A stretch of DNA of 64,000 bases from Vicinamibacterales bacterium (GCA_046496425.1 JAWOGY010000063.1:10360-74359); one strand, 5' to 3'; numbered from the stretch's first letter, positions 1 to 10,078 are shown. Numbers and translations are program-made. The notes: generated from the sequence alone by a model not told the origin.

Positions 1-777
1 CTTCCCTTCCCCGCTCACCTGGATGTTGAACTCCCGGGTATCGGACTCCTCGTCTTCGCCGCCCGCGCTGGCGTGCTTCACCACGAAACGCGTGACCGGG
101 CGCGCGGCGCCGAGGTCGACCTGCAGGAACCAGGGCCTGTCTTCAGCGCACCACCGGTCGGCCTCCCCTCCCGTCACGCTGCCGTTCACGGCCTTCTCGG
201 GGCCCTGGTCCTGGCTGCAGGGAATGCTCCCCGTGACGGGACGGCGGAGCGCGAGATTCTCCCGGCCGTCGGGCCCGTAGATCTCGAACTCGTAGATCCT
301 GGCGACGGGCTCCCCGGTGTAGGTGGGACGGATGATGTTCAGGCGGACGAAGCGCGTCTCGACCGCCGGCTCGATCACGTGTGTCGTCGTCCCGCCGCTC
401 CCGGCATCCGGCCGCACGCGCTTGCTCCGCACCGACCAGCGCTCCTCGGCCGGCGTCCCGAGCCGCTGCTTCACGTCCGCCGCCGCCTCGCCCTCGCGGA
501 CGCTGTCGAGCAGCGCCGGCTGCGTCAGGCCGCGGCGCGCGAGCCGTTCGCTCCTGAACTTCACCTCCAGGCCGTGCCCGAAGAAGATGACCGACGGGAG
601 GAGCGCGAGCCCGTACACCCACAGCGCGCGTTTGGCGAAGAACGCGCGGCGAAGCTCGACGGCCGCGATCGTCCACGCCTGCTTGGCCCGAGCACGGCCG
701 AGGGCCCTGGCCCGAGCGGACAGGGAGGGGGTGGCGCCGCCCTGAGCAGGATCGAAGGGAGCGGGTCGAAGGGGCAC
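1..777 (-). CDS. membrane-anchored protein with F5/8 type C (discoidin)-like domains; partial, the 3' part runs off the window
   Basis: Not in the ORF track because it is open to the window edge. Hand translation of the minus strand is stop-free from GTG at 777-775 to base 1: VPLRPAPFDPAQGG..AKRALWVYGLALLPSVIFFGHGLEV (one TM helix) ..ETRFVRLNIIRPTYTGEPVARIYEFEIYGPDG..RPVTRFVVKHASAGGEDEESDTREFNIQVSGEGK. The RFVRL...IYEFEIYG pattern is typical of discoidin domains. The start lies 1 nt after the stop of the upstream ABC ATPase gene. Confidence 0.6.
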   Translation of the reverse strand, partial: MPLRPAPFDPAQGGATPSLSARARALGRARAKQAWTIAAVELRRAFFAKRALWVYGLALLPSVIFFGHGLEVKFRSERLARRGLTQPALLDSVREGEAAADVKQRLGTPAEERWSVRSKRVRPDAGSGGTTTHVIEPAVETRFVRLNIIRPTYTGEPVARIYEFEIYGPDGRENLALRRPVTGSIPCSQDQGPEKAVNGSVTGGEADRWCAEDRPWFLQVDLGAARPVTRFVVKHASAGGEDEESDTREFNIQVSGEGK

Positions 778-778
778 G

Positions 779-1765
779 CTACTCGCCTCCTATCAGGTAC
801 TCGTACAGCGCGTCCACGTTCTCGTCGGCCGGCAGGACGCCGTCGATCCGGTGGCCGTCGAGCGCGATGCGCCCGAGCGCGCGCGCGAACCGCTCACGGT
901 GACGGGTCATCACCAGCATGCCCATCCGGTCCCCGTTCAGCCTGATCTCGGTGATGTGGTCCTCGCCGAACAGCAGCGCCGCCACCTCGGACGCGTCCTG
1001 GCAGTGCACGAAGTACTGGCTCGGGTGCTCCTCGATTTCGTCGCGCACGTCCCGGATCCGGCCCTCGGCCATGATCATGCCGTTGGCGATGAGCACGACC
1101 TGGTCGCTGATGAGGTCCACCTCCTGCAGGACGTGGCTCGAGAGGATGACGTGCCTCCCCTCGGCCGCCCACGCGCGGAACAGCTCAATTGTCTCCGCCC
1201 GCACGAGCGGGTCGAGGCCGTTCAGCGGCTCGTCCAGCACGAGCAGTTCGGGTTCGTGCGCAATGGCCTGGGCCAGCCGCACCCGCTGCCGCATGCCCTT
1301 CGAATAGGCCGCCACCTTGCGGTTCGCCGCCTCGGTCAGCCCCAGGCGCTCGAGCGCCTTCCACGCCTTTTCCTCCGCCTCCGCCCGCCCGTACCCGAAC
1401 AGCCGCAGCCCGGTCGTGATGAACGTGAACCCGGTGGCCCAGCGCGGCGCCGTGTCGTACTGCGTGGCGTAGCCGGTCACCCGCATCAGGGCTTCCGGGT
1501 CGCGCGGCGAAATGCCGCGCATGAGGATGCGGCCGTGGTCGGGATGGATGAGGCCGGTCATGAGGTTCATGAGCGTGGTCTTGCCCGAGCCGTTCGGCCC
1601 GACCAGGCTCGTGATCCCCGGCGGGATGTTCAGCGTGACGCGGTTCACGCCGAGCACGTCGCCGTAGAATTTCGACACTTCCTCGAACACCACCGCCGGC
1701 GGCCTCTGCGCGTCCGCGCTTCGGCCGGCCTCGCCGTAGCCGTTGGCGGGCGCGGGCGCCATCAT
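779..1765 (-). CDS. ABC transporter ATP-binding protein
   Basis: Walker A GPNGSGKTT, signature YSKGMRQR, Walker B LLVLDEP in ORF 779..2245. Start trimmed to the ATGATG at 1765. This overlaps the TGA of the upstream permease (ATGA coupling). Confidence 0.9.
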   Translation of the reverse strand: MMAPAPANGYGEAGRSADAQRPPAVVFEEVSKFYGDVLGVNRVTLNIPPGITSLVGPNGSGKTTLMNLMTGLIHPDHGRILMRGISPRDPEALMRVTGYATQYDTAPRWATGFTFITTGLRLFGYGRAEAEEKAWKALERLGLTEAANRKVAAYSKGMRQRVRLAQAIAHEPELLVLDEPLNGLDPLVRAETIELFRAWAAEGRHVILSSHVLQEVDLISDQVVLIANGMIMAEGRIRDVRDEIEEHPSQYFVHCQDASEVAALLFGEDHITEIRLNGDRMGMLVMTRHRERFARALGRIALDGHRIDGVLPADENVDALYEYLIGGE

Positions 1766-2622
1766 GTGACGACCTCCACCGGGCGAAGCCGACGTTCGAT
1801 GACCGCGGCAAGCAGCAGCATGAATACCCCGAGCGCCAGCACCGACGTCCATGCGCCGGGACCGTCGGGCGGCTCCACGCCCAGCAGCGCGCACCACACC
1901 TGGTTGACCGCCCACGCCGGATCGATCACGTGCCCCCAGGTCACCCGGAAGACGCCGTTGATCATCTCGGCCACGCCGCTCAGGATGAAGAAGAACGCCA
2001 GGCTGACCGCGCCCGCCACGACCCGCCACTTCACGTAGGCGGAACTGGCCATCGCCACCAGGCTCAGCAGGAGCAGCCACAGCAGAAACCCGGCAACCAT
2101 GCCGGCGCCCAGTGTCCAGTTCGACCAGAACCACCAGCCGCCGGCCAGGCCCACCTGCAGCGCGAACAGGATGAGGCCTGGGATCCACGTAATGACCGAC
2201 AGCATCCCGACCAGCACCATCAGCCTGGCGAGCGCGTAGCTCCATCGCGTGAGGGGCCGGCTGAAATAGAGCGGCAGCGCGTTGTTCGCGAGATCCGGCG
2301 CGATGAGGCCCGGCCCGGCCAGCGCCGCGAGGAACACCGCGAAGCCCGCCTGCACGTACATGAAGATCGAGAAGAACCGGCCGTCAACCTGGATGAACTG
2401 GCGGAACTCCTGCTCGAGCCCCTGCAGCAACTCTGCGTGGTTCGTCAGGTAGATGAACCCGGCGCACAGCACGGGCCACACGAAGGCCAGCATCGTGAGC
2501 AGGAGGACGAGGCGCTGCTGATACAGGCTGCCCCACGCGTGGCGCGGCAGCACCATGAACCGCGTCCAGCGCCCGGTGAGGGGCCCGCGATAGCGCCGGT
2601 ACCCGCGTTTGTAGACCGCCAT
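1762..2622 (-). CDS. ABC-2-type transporter permease (multi-pass membrane protein)
   Basis: 286-aa ORF with about 6 hydrophobic helices. GGAGG RBS upstream of the ATG at 2622. Sandwiched between two ABC ATPase genes. Confidence 0.75.
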   Translation of the reverse strand: MAVYKRGYRRYRGPLTGRWTRFMVLPRHAWGSLYQQRLVLLLTMLAFVWPVLCAGFIYLTNHAELLQGLEQEFRQFIQVDGRFFSIFMYVQAGFAVFLAALAGPGLIAPDLANNALPLYFSRPLTRWSYALARLMVLVGMLSVITWIPGLILFALQVGLAGGWWFWSNWTLGAGMVAGFLLWLLLLSLVAMASSAYVKWRVVAGAVSLAFFFILSGVAEMINGVFRVTWGHVIDPAWAVNQVWCALLGVEPPDGPGAWTSVLALGVFMLLLAAVIERRLRPVEVVT

Positions 2623-2664
2623 ACTGCTTCCGCCTCCGCCTTCGCGCGCGTCCTGTCAGGCGCG

Positions 2665-3660
2665 CTACGGCGAGACCTCGCCGAAGCCGCTACGCGGCGA
2701 AGGCGGGCCTTCTCCCGGCGTGTGCGCCAGGTGCCCCATCGCCTTCAGGAAAATCTCTTCCAGCGTGTCCCTGCGGTGCGCGAGCTTCCGCACCAGCAGA
2801 TTCTGCCGCGCCGCGAGCGCCCAGACGGCTTCGAACTCGACGCCCGCAGGCAGGACGATGCGCCAGCGCCCGCCGCCTTCGGAGACGCCCTCGGCGCCAA
2901 TTTCCGGCAGCGCCGCGCGCAGGTTCCGGTCGTCGCCGGCTACTTCGAGCTCGACGAAGCGCCGGTTCGACCGCCGCTCCTCCTCGAGATTGCACTGGTG
3001 GACAATCGCGCCGTCTTTCATGATCACGGCCTCGTCGCACACCTGCTCGATATCGCGCAGGAGGTGCGAGCAGATGAGCACGCTCATCCCCTGCTCGTGC
3101 TTCATCTCGCCGACGAGCTTGAGCATGCGCCGGCGAGCGGCCGGATCGAGGCCGTTGGTCGGCTCATCCAGCACGACCAGCTCCGGCCCGTGCACGATCG
3201 CCTGGGCCAGTTTGGCCATCTGCTTCATCCCGTACGAGTAGGTGCGCAGCTCCCGGTACCGGGCCTCGCCGAGCCCCACGTGGAACAGGACCTCGTGGGC
3301 CTTCTCGAGCGCGGCCTCCGGCGGAAGACCCGAGAGTTCCGCCATCTGGCGCAGGAACGCGACGGCCGTCATGTCGCCGATGAACGCGTCGTTCTCGGGC
3401 ATGTAGCCGATGCGCGAGCGGGCCTCGCCCCGGCTGTGCCGGCAGTCGAGGCCGAGAATGCGGGCCCGCCCCGCGCTGGGCCGCAGAAAGCCGAGCAGCG
3501 TGAGGATCAGCGTGGACTTGCCCGCCCCATTGGGCCCCAGCAGTCCCACCGCTTTCCCGGTGCCTGACGCGCCGAGGCGGCAGGAGATCCCGTGCAGGAT
3601 CTCCCGCCGCCCCAGCTTGACGGTCAGGTTCTCGAGTTCGACGACCGGGATCGTAGTCAA
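2665..3660 (-). CDS. ABC transporter ATP-binding protein
   Basis: Walker A GPNGAGKST, signature YSYGMKQM, Walker B LVVLDEP. TTG start at 3660 overlaps the TGA of the anti-sigma gene (TTGA). Confidence 0.9.
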   Translation of the reverse strand: MTTIPVVELENLTVKLGRREILHGISCRLGASGTGKAVGLLGPNGAGKSTLILTLLGFLRPSAGRARILGLDCRHSRGEARSRIGYMPENDAFIGDMTAVAFLRQMAELSGLPPEAALEKAHEVLFHVGLGEARYRELRTYSYGMKQMAKLAQAIVHGPELVVLDEPTNGLDPAARRRMLKLVGEMKHEQGMSVLICSHLLRDIEQVCDEAVIMKDGAIVHQCNLEEERRSNRRFVELEVAGDDRNLRAALPEIGAEGVSEGGGRWRIVLPAGVEFEAVWALAARQNLLVRKLAHRRDTLEEIFLKAMGHLAHTPGEGPPSPRSGFGEVSP

Positions 3661-6080
3661 CGCGTCCCGCTAAGACTCTCGATCAGCATCACGTCCATGA
3701 TCACTCCCATTAGACGAGTACGGCTGGCCGCGTGGATCTCGCCCGCCTGCCCGTTGACGACCACGAGCACCGCGTCGCGCTCGGCCAGCAGCTTCGTCAC
3801 GGCCGGGCTCGGCGCCAGCGCCGAGAAAATCCCGAGCGCCCCCCTCGTGTTCAGCCACGCGAACGCCGACGGGTGCATCCCGGCCGACGAGGGCAGCTGG
3901 GCCAGGAACGCCGGCGACCAGACCAGCGGCGAGCCGCCGTTCCGGGTCGCGATGGCCCGTTCCGCAGACCCCCGATCGGACGCCGCCACCAGGTAGCCTT
4001 GATCGTAGGTCCATGTCACGCCGAATGGAAAGCCTCCCGCCTTCATCGTCGTCCACGTGCGTCCGCCCGCAGTCTCCTGGCCGACGACGATCCGGTGCGC
4101 CTGTTCCTCGGGTGAAAGCTCCGCGTTGATGGCGTCTGCCAGCTTGCGGAGCGAGTTGTCGATGACCGACGAATCGTTGGCCAGCACGGCCATCACCCAG
4201 GTGGGGCCGTCGACCGAGAACCCGTTCAGCGCGAAGGCCGCCTCGGTCCCCATCGCCGCCGTCAGGTTGTCGAGGAAGCCCTCGCCGAGCGTCGCGTTCG
4301 CCTCGGCCAGGTCGGCGGTGAAGGATTCGTTTTCTTTCGTCATGAACGCGCTGAATTCCTGGAAGAGCTGCCAGGGCTCGCGCGTCGAGGCGTAACCGGC
4401 GAAGAGCGCGTCAACCGGCAGATACTCCGCCGCGCCGCCCGAACCCGAGTCGGCCAGCCAGGAGGCCATCCCCTGCCGCTCGCCGGGGAACACCAGCGTG
4501 ACCTCGTTCTCTTCCGCACCGGCCGGGGCACGCTGCTCCAGGAACAGGTACTTCAGCCCGACCATCGCCGCCAGCTCCACCGGCGGGGCATCGTCATCCC
4601 TGGCCATCACGATCACCGGAGCGGCGTCGATGCCCACCAGCCAGCCGACGCCGCGCTGGTACCGCTCCCCGATCGCGGCCGCGAACGGAGAGCCGGCGCC
4701 CTGGCCCAGGTGCTCGATGGCCCACGCCACCCTCGACGCCGAGTTCGACACGACCATCAGATCGTCGGACACCGAGTATGGCAAGGCCGGCTCGCCCGTT
4801 CCGGCAAACAGGCCGTCCAGTGCGCTTGCAAGCTCGGCCCGCTTCCCGGGTTGCACGCGGGCAAACACCACCGGCACTTCCTGGCCGGGCGCCTGCAGGC
4901 CGACACTGAAGGCGACTTCATCTCCGAGCAGCGAACTCACCGACTGGACACGGTCGACCATCTGTCTCAGCAGCCGCCCGGTTTCGGAGTTCCACCAGGC
5001 CCCGAACGCGGCGTTCTCGGACGACTGCTGGTCGGCGAGGACCAGGGCCTGGCCGATCTTCCCGCCGAGATTCGGAACGGCGCCGTACACGAAAGCCCCC
5101 GCCGGCAGGTACGACAGAAGGGCCGAGCTCGTGCGCAACTCGGCGGGATTCATCTCGGCCAGCTGACGTTCGATCGTCACGAACGACGCGAGCAGCTCCA
5201 GGTAGTCGGCCGCCTCGGGGCTCCACGCGACGGCTTCCTCGACCGACGAGGCCAGAACCGGGTTCGAGGCAGCTTGTTCGCCGGGGCTGAGGACGACCTC
5301 AATGCCGGGCTGGTTCACCGCGACCGAACCTTCCACGACCGAGACCACCGAACCGCCCATGCCGGCCGACACCGCGAAGACCGTGCCCTTCACGGCGGCG
5401 ATCGAATCGCGGGTCAGGACGCGCAAGTGCCCGCGGCGCTGCTTCGCGGCCGAGACGATGATGTCGCCGCGCTGGAGGTGGATGGCGCGGCCGCTCCAGG
5501 CGGCGGTGACGAATAGCTCCGTCCGCTCGTTGACGTCAATCGTCGAGCCGTCGGCGAGCCGCAGGACCGCGTGGGCCCCCGGACCCGTACGGACCAACTC
5601 TCTTTCGCCGATTGGGGCGCCCGCTTCGAGCATGCCCCCGGGCAGGCGGTAGAGACCGCCGTCAGCCGAGACGACCGTGGCTCGCGCGCCGCCGGGAGCC
5701 ATCATTGCGTCGATGGCGTCGCGGCTGAGATAGAGGACCGAGAGGACCAGGACCGCCGCCGCCGCCAGAGATCCCCATCGCATCCAGCGGGAGGAGGAGC
5801 GCTGCGGCATGGCGATCACGCGCCGTTCGCCCTTCAGCTCGGCCATCGCGGCGCGGCAGGCTGGGCATCGGCCGAGGTGGTCTTCCAGCAGCACGGGACG
5901 GCTGCCCGCGAGCTCACCGCTCAGGTAGGCGCGGAAGTCCGGCCGGAACTCCGCGCAGCCGGCGCCCGCGGCGCTCGCCACTGCGTCCCACACGCGCGCC
6001 CGCGCGGCGTCGAGCGTCCCCGCGTCGACGTCTTCCTGTTTCATCTCCTGCAGCGCCTTTTCGAGCCGGTCTTCGGACAT
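3657..6080 (-). CDS. anti-sigma factor, zf-HC2 N-terminus plus TM plus FecR-like domain plus large C-terminal extracytoplasmic region
   Basis: N-terminal HLGRCPACRAAMAEL (zf-HC2 motif), a hydrophobic segment WGSLAAAAVLVLSVLYL, then a FecR-like block (GAHAVLRLADGSTIDVNERTEL). Sits directly downstream of an ECF sigma gene. Confidence 0.75.
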   Translation of the reverse strand: MSEDRLEKALQEMKQEDVDAGTLDAARARVWDAVASAAGAGCAEFRPDFRAYLSGELAGSRPVLLEDHLGRCPACRAAMAELKGERRVIAMPQRSSSRWMRWGSLAAAAVLVLSVLYLSRDAIDAMMAPGGARATVVSADGGLYRLPGGMLEAGAPIGERELVRTGPGAHAVLRLADGSTIDVNERTELFVTAAWSGRAIHLQRGDIIVSAAKQRRGHLRVLTRDSIAAVKGTVFAVSAGMGGSVVSVVEGSVAVNQPGIEVVLSPGEQAASNPVLASSVEEAVAWSPEAADYLELLASFVTIERQLAEMNPAELRTSSALLSYLPAGAFVYGAVPNLGGKIGQALVLADQQSSENAAFGAWWNSETGRLLRQMVDRVQSVSSLLGDEVAFSVGLQAPGQEVPVVFARVQPGKRAELASALDGLFAGTGEPALPYSVSDDLMVVSNSASRVAWAIEHLGQGAGSPFAAAIGERYQRGVGWLVGIDAAPVIVMARDDDAPPVELAAMVGLKYLFLEQRAPAGAEENEVTLVFPGERQGMASWLADSGSGGAAEYLPVDALFAGYASTREPWQLFQEFSAFMTKENESFTADLAEANATLGEGFLDNLTAAMGTEAAFALNGFSVDGPTWVMAVLANDSSVIDNSLRKLADAINAELSPEEQAHRIVVGQETAGGRTWTTMKAGGFPFGVTWTYDQGYLVAASDRGSAERAIATRNGGSPLVWSPAFLAQLPSSAGMHPSAFAWLNTRGALGIFSALAPSPAVTKLLAERDAVLVVVNGQAGEIHAASRTRLMGVIMDVMLIESLSGTR

Positions 6081-6153
6081 CGCCCGCCTCCTAACGTTCC
6101 AATCTCTGTCTACCCGCCTTCGCTCCTACGGCAACCCGAGAGCTACGGCGTGG

Positions 6154-6684
6154 CTATCGCGCCAGTTCTTCTTGCAGCCGGTGCCGGATCCGGTGGAGCC
6201 GGACGGCTACGTTGTTCTTTTCGAGCTGGAACATTCCCGCCAGCTCTTCGTTCGACAACCCCTCCACGTGACGCAGCAGGAACAACGTGGCGTCGTCGCT
6301 GTCGAGGGTGGCGATGGCGCGCCGGAGCTGCTCTTTCAGCAGCGACGGGGGCGCGACGGCGGCATGCGGCGCCCCGTCGTCGTATGCCGACTCGGCATGA
6401 ACGGCCCGGCGGCGCAGCAGATCGACGGCGGCGTTGACCGCCGCACGCCGGAAGTACGCCGCCGGCAGCGCAGCGGACCCGGCGTCCCGGCCCTGGGCCA
6501 GGACGCGCAGGAAGACCGTCTGCAGGACGTCCTCCGCGTCGGCCGCGTTTCCGGTGACGCGCAGGGCGGCGCGGAACACCGCGTCGTTGTAGCGCTCGTA
6601 TAGTTCGGCGAATCCGGCCGGCACAGTCGTGGGAGTCATGGCGATCGGTTGATCGTAGACGATTGTCAGGCTGGCTGTGGACAC
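6154..6684 (-). CDS. ECF-type RNA polymerase sigma-70 family factor
   Basis: Region 2-like DAEDVLQTVFLRV and region 4 HTH LSNEELAGMFQLEKNNVAVRLHRIRHRLQ. 176 aa. Confidence 0.9.
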   Translation of the reverse strand: MSTASLTIVYDQPIAMTPTTVPAGFAELYERYNDAVFRAALRVTGNAADAEDVLQTVFLRVLAQGRDAGSAALPAAYFRRAAVNAAVDLLRRRAVHAESAYDDGAPHAAVAPPSLLKEQLRRAIATLDSDDATLFLLRHVEGLSNEELAGMFQLEKNNVAVRLHRIRHRLQEELAR

Positions 6685-6760
6685 GTCTTGCGCCTCACCA
6701 GCCTAGACGCACCAGGAGGCCGACTATTACATGGCGGGCTTCAACTGCTTTGGCGGGCCA

Positions 6761-6805
6761 CTGTGCAGTTGGGGACACTCGAGGGAAGGGTGCCCGACCT
6801 ACAGT
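6761..6805 (+). promoter_or_regulatory. copy C of a three-copy ECF-type promoter-like motif (CTGTGCA..GGGAC-N16-CCCGAC-CTACAGT)
   Basis: Aligns position for position with the elements at 12328-12405 and 23496-23573. Same 16-nt spacing between the GG(A/G)AC and (T/C)CC(A/G)AC blocks, followed by the invariant CTACAGT. Points toward the CDS starting at 6832. Confidence 0.4.
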
Positions 6806-6831
6806 AGGTAGGGGATGTGAGGGCCCGTCCG

Positions 6832-7911
6832 ATGAGGGAGCGTGTTCGCGTGGCGCTGGGGTTCGTCCCGAGGGCATCGGCCGCCGCGGTGGTGGTCGCC
6901 GCCGCCATCCTGGCGCTGGGCGTCTCCGTCGCGGCGCAATCTCAGGCGCCGGCCGCGCGGGTGCTTGGCCAGCGCTTTGGTTTCACCACGAACCAGCTGG
7001 CGGCGGTGGACGCCGGCACGCCCGTCGCCGTGGTCCTGCCGTCCAGCGTGGACCGCGAAATCGCCGTCGCCGGAGCCGTCCTTGTCCGTGCGACCCCCGC
7101 CCGCCTTGCGTCGCTGCTTCAGGACGTCGAGCGGCTCGAGACGGGAAAAGGGTTCATTCGCACCAGGAAGCTGCGCAATCCGCCGCGGCTGGGCGATTTC
7201 GCCGGGTTCCAGTTGCCGGCCGACGATGTCGAGGCGTTGCGCGACTGCCGGCCCGGGCGATGCGATGTCAAACTCGGCCAGGACGGGTTCGACCTGTTCG
7301 CGAAGACCGACTGGTCGGCGCCCGACGCCGCGGCTGGGGTCAACGCTCGCGCGCGCCAATGGTCGCTCGACTACGTGCTGGCCTACCGGAAAAGCGGAGA
7401 CCAGAAACTGGCCGTCTATCTGGACTCAAAGAAGCCGCAGTCGATCGCGCGCGAATTCGAGGAGATGACCGGCAGCCCCGATATCTGGCCGGATGCGCTG
7501 ACGCCGCTCGCGACGTACTTTCGCGGCTACCCGGCGGCGGCGCGGCCGCGCCGCACGAGCGACTTCTTCTACTGGTCGCTGGCGGAGTTCGGCCTCAAGC
7601 CGGTCTTCCGCATCAATCACGTCGTCGTCCATGGGACCGGGCGCGCGAGCGGGCTGCTGCACGTCGTGGCGGTGAAGCAGCTCTACGCCAGCCACTATTT
7701 CCACACCGCACTCGAAGTCCGCGCCGTGTTGAGCGACGAACGGCCATCCAGCAAAGGCGTCTACCTCGTCATGTTGAACATGGCCCGGTCCGACGGCCTC
7801 ACCGGTGTGCTCGGCGGTCTCATCATCAAGCCGAGGGCCATTAGTGGTTCGCGCAGCGGTCTCGAGCGTGCGCTGGCCGCCATCAAGCGGATGGCTGAAG
7901 CGAAACGGTGA
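6832..7911 (+). CDS. secreted hypothetical protein
   Basis: ORF 6817..7911. N-terminal signal-like AAAVVVAAAILALGVSVAAQSQA. High GC3 throughout. No motif recognised. Start is ATG 6832 or GTG 6817. Confidence 0.6.
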   Translation: MRERVRVALGFVPRASAAAVVVAAAILALGVSVAAQSQAPAARVLGQRFGFTTNQLAAVDAGTPVAVVLPSSVDREIAVAGAVLVRATPARLASLLQDVERLETGKGFIRTRKLRNPPRLGDFAGFQLPADDVEALRDCRPGRCDVKLGQDGFDLFAKTDWSAPDAAAGVNARARQWSLDYVLAYRKSGDQKLAVYLDSKKPQSIAREFEEMTGSPDIWPDALTPLATYFRGYPAAARPRRTSDFFYWSLAEFGLKPVFRINHVVVHGTGRASGLLHVVAVKQLYASHYFHTALEVRAVLSDERPSSKGVYLVMLNMARSDGLTGVLGGLIIKPRAISGSRSGLERALAAIKRMAEAKR

Positions 7912-8040
7912 ACAATCACCACAAGTGCTTGTTTTGCAATAACTTACCTGAATCCATTCGCCTGCCTCAGAAATAAACCCTTGCGGTATATACCCAAGGC
8001 GATATACTACCCGTCCGCTCTGGAAGGAGGAGGTAGTATC

Positions 8041-8268
8041 GTGACCGATCTGTCCACGCTCCCGTTCGGTCTCATGCTCAAGCCTGACCGTCGTCAGACC
8101 CGCGATCGCCGTCAGGCGAGGCGCGGGGGCCGTCGTGCTTCCGATCACGCCGGATTCGCGGTATCGTTCGCGATCTCGGCCGACGAGGAACTCGCCCAGG
8201 TGCTCGAGACGTGGGGCCCGCTGCTTCGGCCGGGCAGGACATGCGCTGACGCGCTCTCCGCCCGGTGA
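8041..8268 (+). CDS. small Arg-rich hypothetical protein
   Basis: GTG at 8041 sits 7 nt after a strong GGAGGAGG RBS within ORF 7981..8268. Contains DRRQTRDRRQARRGGRR. Lies just upstream of the histidine kinase. Confidence 0.35.
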   Translation: MTDLSTLPFGLMLKPDRRQTRDRRQARRGGRRASDHAGFAVSFAISADEELAQVLETWGPLLRPGRTCADALSAR

Positions 8269-8320
8269 GGCGCCCGGCGCGGCACGCCAGTTGAGCGCCG
8301 GGGCCGCAGGGCCCGGTTCG

Positions 8321-10078
8321 ATGGGACTGGCGACGCTGAAGGTGTATCCCGACTATCCGCCACGCGTTCGTATCGAATGGCTGATCGCGAACAGCCGCGT
8401 CGTGATCGCCGGCGGCGCGCTGCTGGCGGTGGCGATCAGTCCGTTCGCTCCCGGCGATGACTGGCGCCTCGCCTTCACGAGCAGCCTGTACTTCGTCTAC
8501 AGCCTCTGCGTGCTCGCGCTTGTCTGGGCGCCGGTGCGCATCGCGCCCGCCTGGGGCCTGTCGAACCACCTGTTCGACCTCGCGGCGTTCTCGCTCTTCA
8601 CCATCTTCACCGACGCGGCATCCAGCCCGTTCTTCATCTACTTCACGTTTCTCGTCATCTGCGGGACGTTGCGGTGGGGCGTCCGTGGCGCCGCGTGGAC
8701 CGCAGCGGCGAGTTTTGCCGTGTCCGCCGGCACGGGTCTGTACACGTCGCAGGTCCTCCACCTGCGTCCGTTCGCCGCCAACGCCTTTGTCGTCCGCAGC
8801 GTGTATCTCGTGGTCACAGCGGCACTCATCGCCTACCTCGGGGCTCACCATCACCGCTATCAGCGCGAGATTGGCCGGATCATCGGCTGGCCCCGCCGTG
8901 TTTCGCGCGAACCGCGGGAACTGGTCGGCGAGATCATCGCCGAGTGTTCGGAGGTGCTCGAGGCGCCGAAGGTGCTCCTCGTCTGGGAAGAGCCAGACGA
9001 GGGAGTGGTCAACCTGGCATGGGGATCGGGCAGCGACGTGACGTGGGCCTCGGAGCCCGAGGCCACGTACGGGTCGTTCGTCCTGCCCGGGCTGGAGCGG
9101 AAAACGTTTCAGGCTGCCGACGCCGGCAGCGAGCGGGGCGTGGTGGTGCACCGGTCGGACGGGGCGTTCGGGCAGCGCGTCTGCCGGCCGATCAATCCTG
9201 CGCTCCAGGCGCGATTCGGCATGCGCCGGGTGCAGTCATGGAGTCTCGACGGGGAGCTCGTCCGCGGCCGCCTCTTCGCGCTCGACAAGCGGTCGATGCG
9301 GCTCGACGAGCTGATTCTCGGCGACGTGGTCGCCAGGCTCACCGTCTCCCGGCTCGACAACCTGTATCTGCTGCGCCGGCTGCGGAACGCCGCCGCGCTC
9401 GATGAGCGCCTTCGCGTGGCGCGCGACATCCACGACAGCCTGCTCCAGTCCACCGCCGGCAGCGCGCTGCAGCTGCTCGCCGCGCGGCGGTTGCTCGATC
9501 GCAATCCCGACGAAGCGCGCCGCCGGCTCGAGGACGTGCAGAATCAGCTGGAGAACGGGGAGCTCGAGATGCGCTCCTTCATCCAGCGGCTGCGCCCGGC
9601 CTCGAGTGAGACCGAGTACTCGCCGTCGGCAGGCCTCGCCGAACGCCTCGAGGAGCTCCGGCGCCGCGTCGAGCGCCAGTGGGAGGTCAAGGTAAGGATG
9701 ACGCCGCCCGCGGCGGCGGACACGTGGCGCCCGGCGCTTCAGGAGGACCTGTACCGTATCGTGCAGGAGGGCGTGCTCAACGCCGCGCGCCACGCCGATT
9801 CCTCCCTGATCTCGGTGGACTTCGAGGTCGACCCGGACGAGGTGCGGCTGCAGGTCAGCGATGACGGCCGCGGGTTTCCGTTCCAGGGCACATTCGACCT
9901 TCAGACGCTGGCCGCCATGAATCAGGGTCCGCTCACCCTCAGGGAGCGTGTCGCCGAGCTTCAGGGGCTGCTGCGGCTGCAAACCGGCGAGACGGGCACG
10001 GTGTTGTCGATCGCGCTGCCGCTCGCGCCCGCCCCGACAGACGATGTCGCGCCGGCGCCCCCGAAGCCGGTAAGCTAG
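8321..10078 (+). CDS. membrane sensor histidine kinase (HisKA_3 / NarL-partner type)
   Basis: H-box RVARDIHDSLLQ (HisKA_3-like). HATPase block VLNAARHADSS..LQVSDDGRGF. N-terminal hydrophobic helices. Start trimmed to the ATG at 8321 (MGLATLKVYPDYPP). Confidence 0.85.
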   Translation: MGLATLKVYPDYPPRVRIEWLIANSRVVIAGGALLAVAISPFAPGDDWRLAFTSSLYFVYSLCVLALVWAPVRIAPAWGLSNHLFDLAAFSLFTIFTDAASSPFFIYFTFLVICGTLRWGVRGAAWTAAASFAVSAGTGLYTSQVLHLRPFAANAFVVRSVYLVVTAALIAYLGAHHHRYQREIGRIIGWPRRVSREPRELVGEIIAECSEVLEAPKVLLVWEEPDEGVVNLAWGSGSDVTWASEPEATYGSFVLPGLERKTFQAADAGSERGVVVHRSDGAFGQRVCRPINPALQARFGMRRVQSWSLDGELVRGRLFALDKRSMRLDELILGDVVARLTVSRLDNLYLLRRLRNAAALDERLRVARDIHDSLLQSTAGSALQLLAARRLLDRNPDEARRRLEDVQNQLENGELEMRSFIQRLRPASSETEYSPSAGLAERLEELRRRVERQWEVKVRMTPPAAADTWRPALQEDLYRIVQEGVLNAARHADSSLISVDFEVDPDEVRLQVSDDGRGFPFQGTFDLQTLAAMNQGPLTLRERVAELQGLLRLQTGETGTVLSIALPLAPAPTDDVAPAPPKPVS

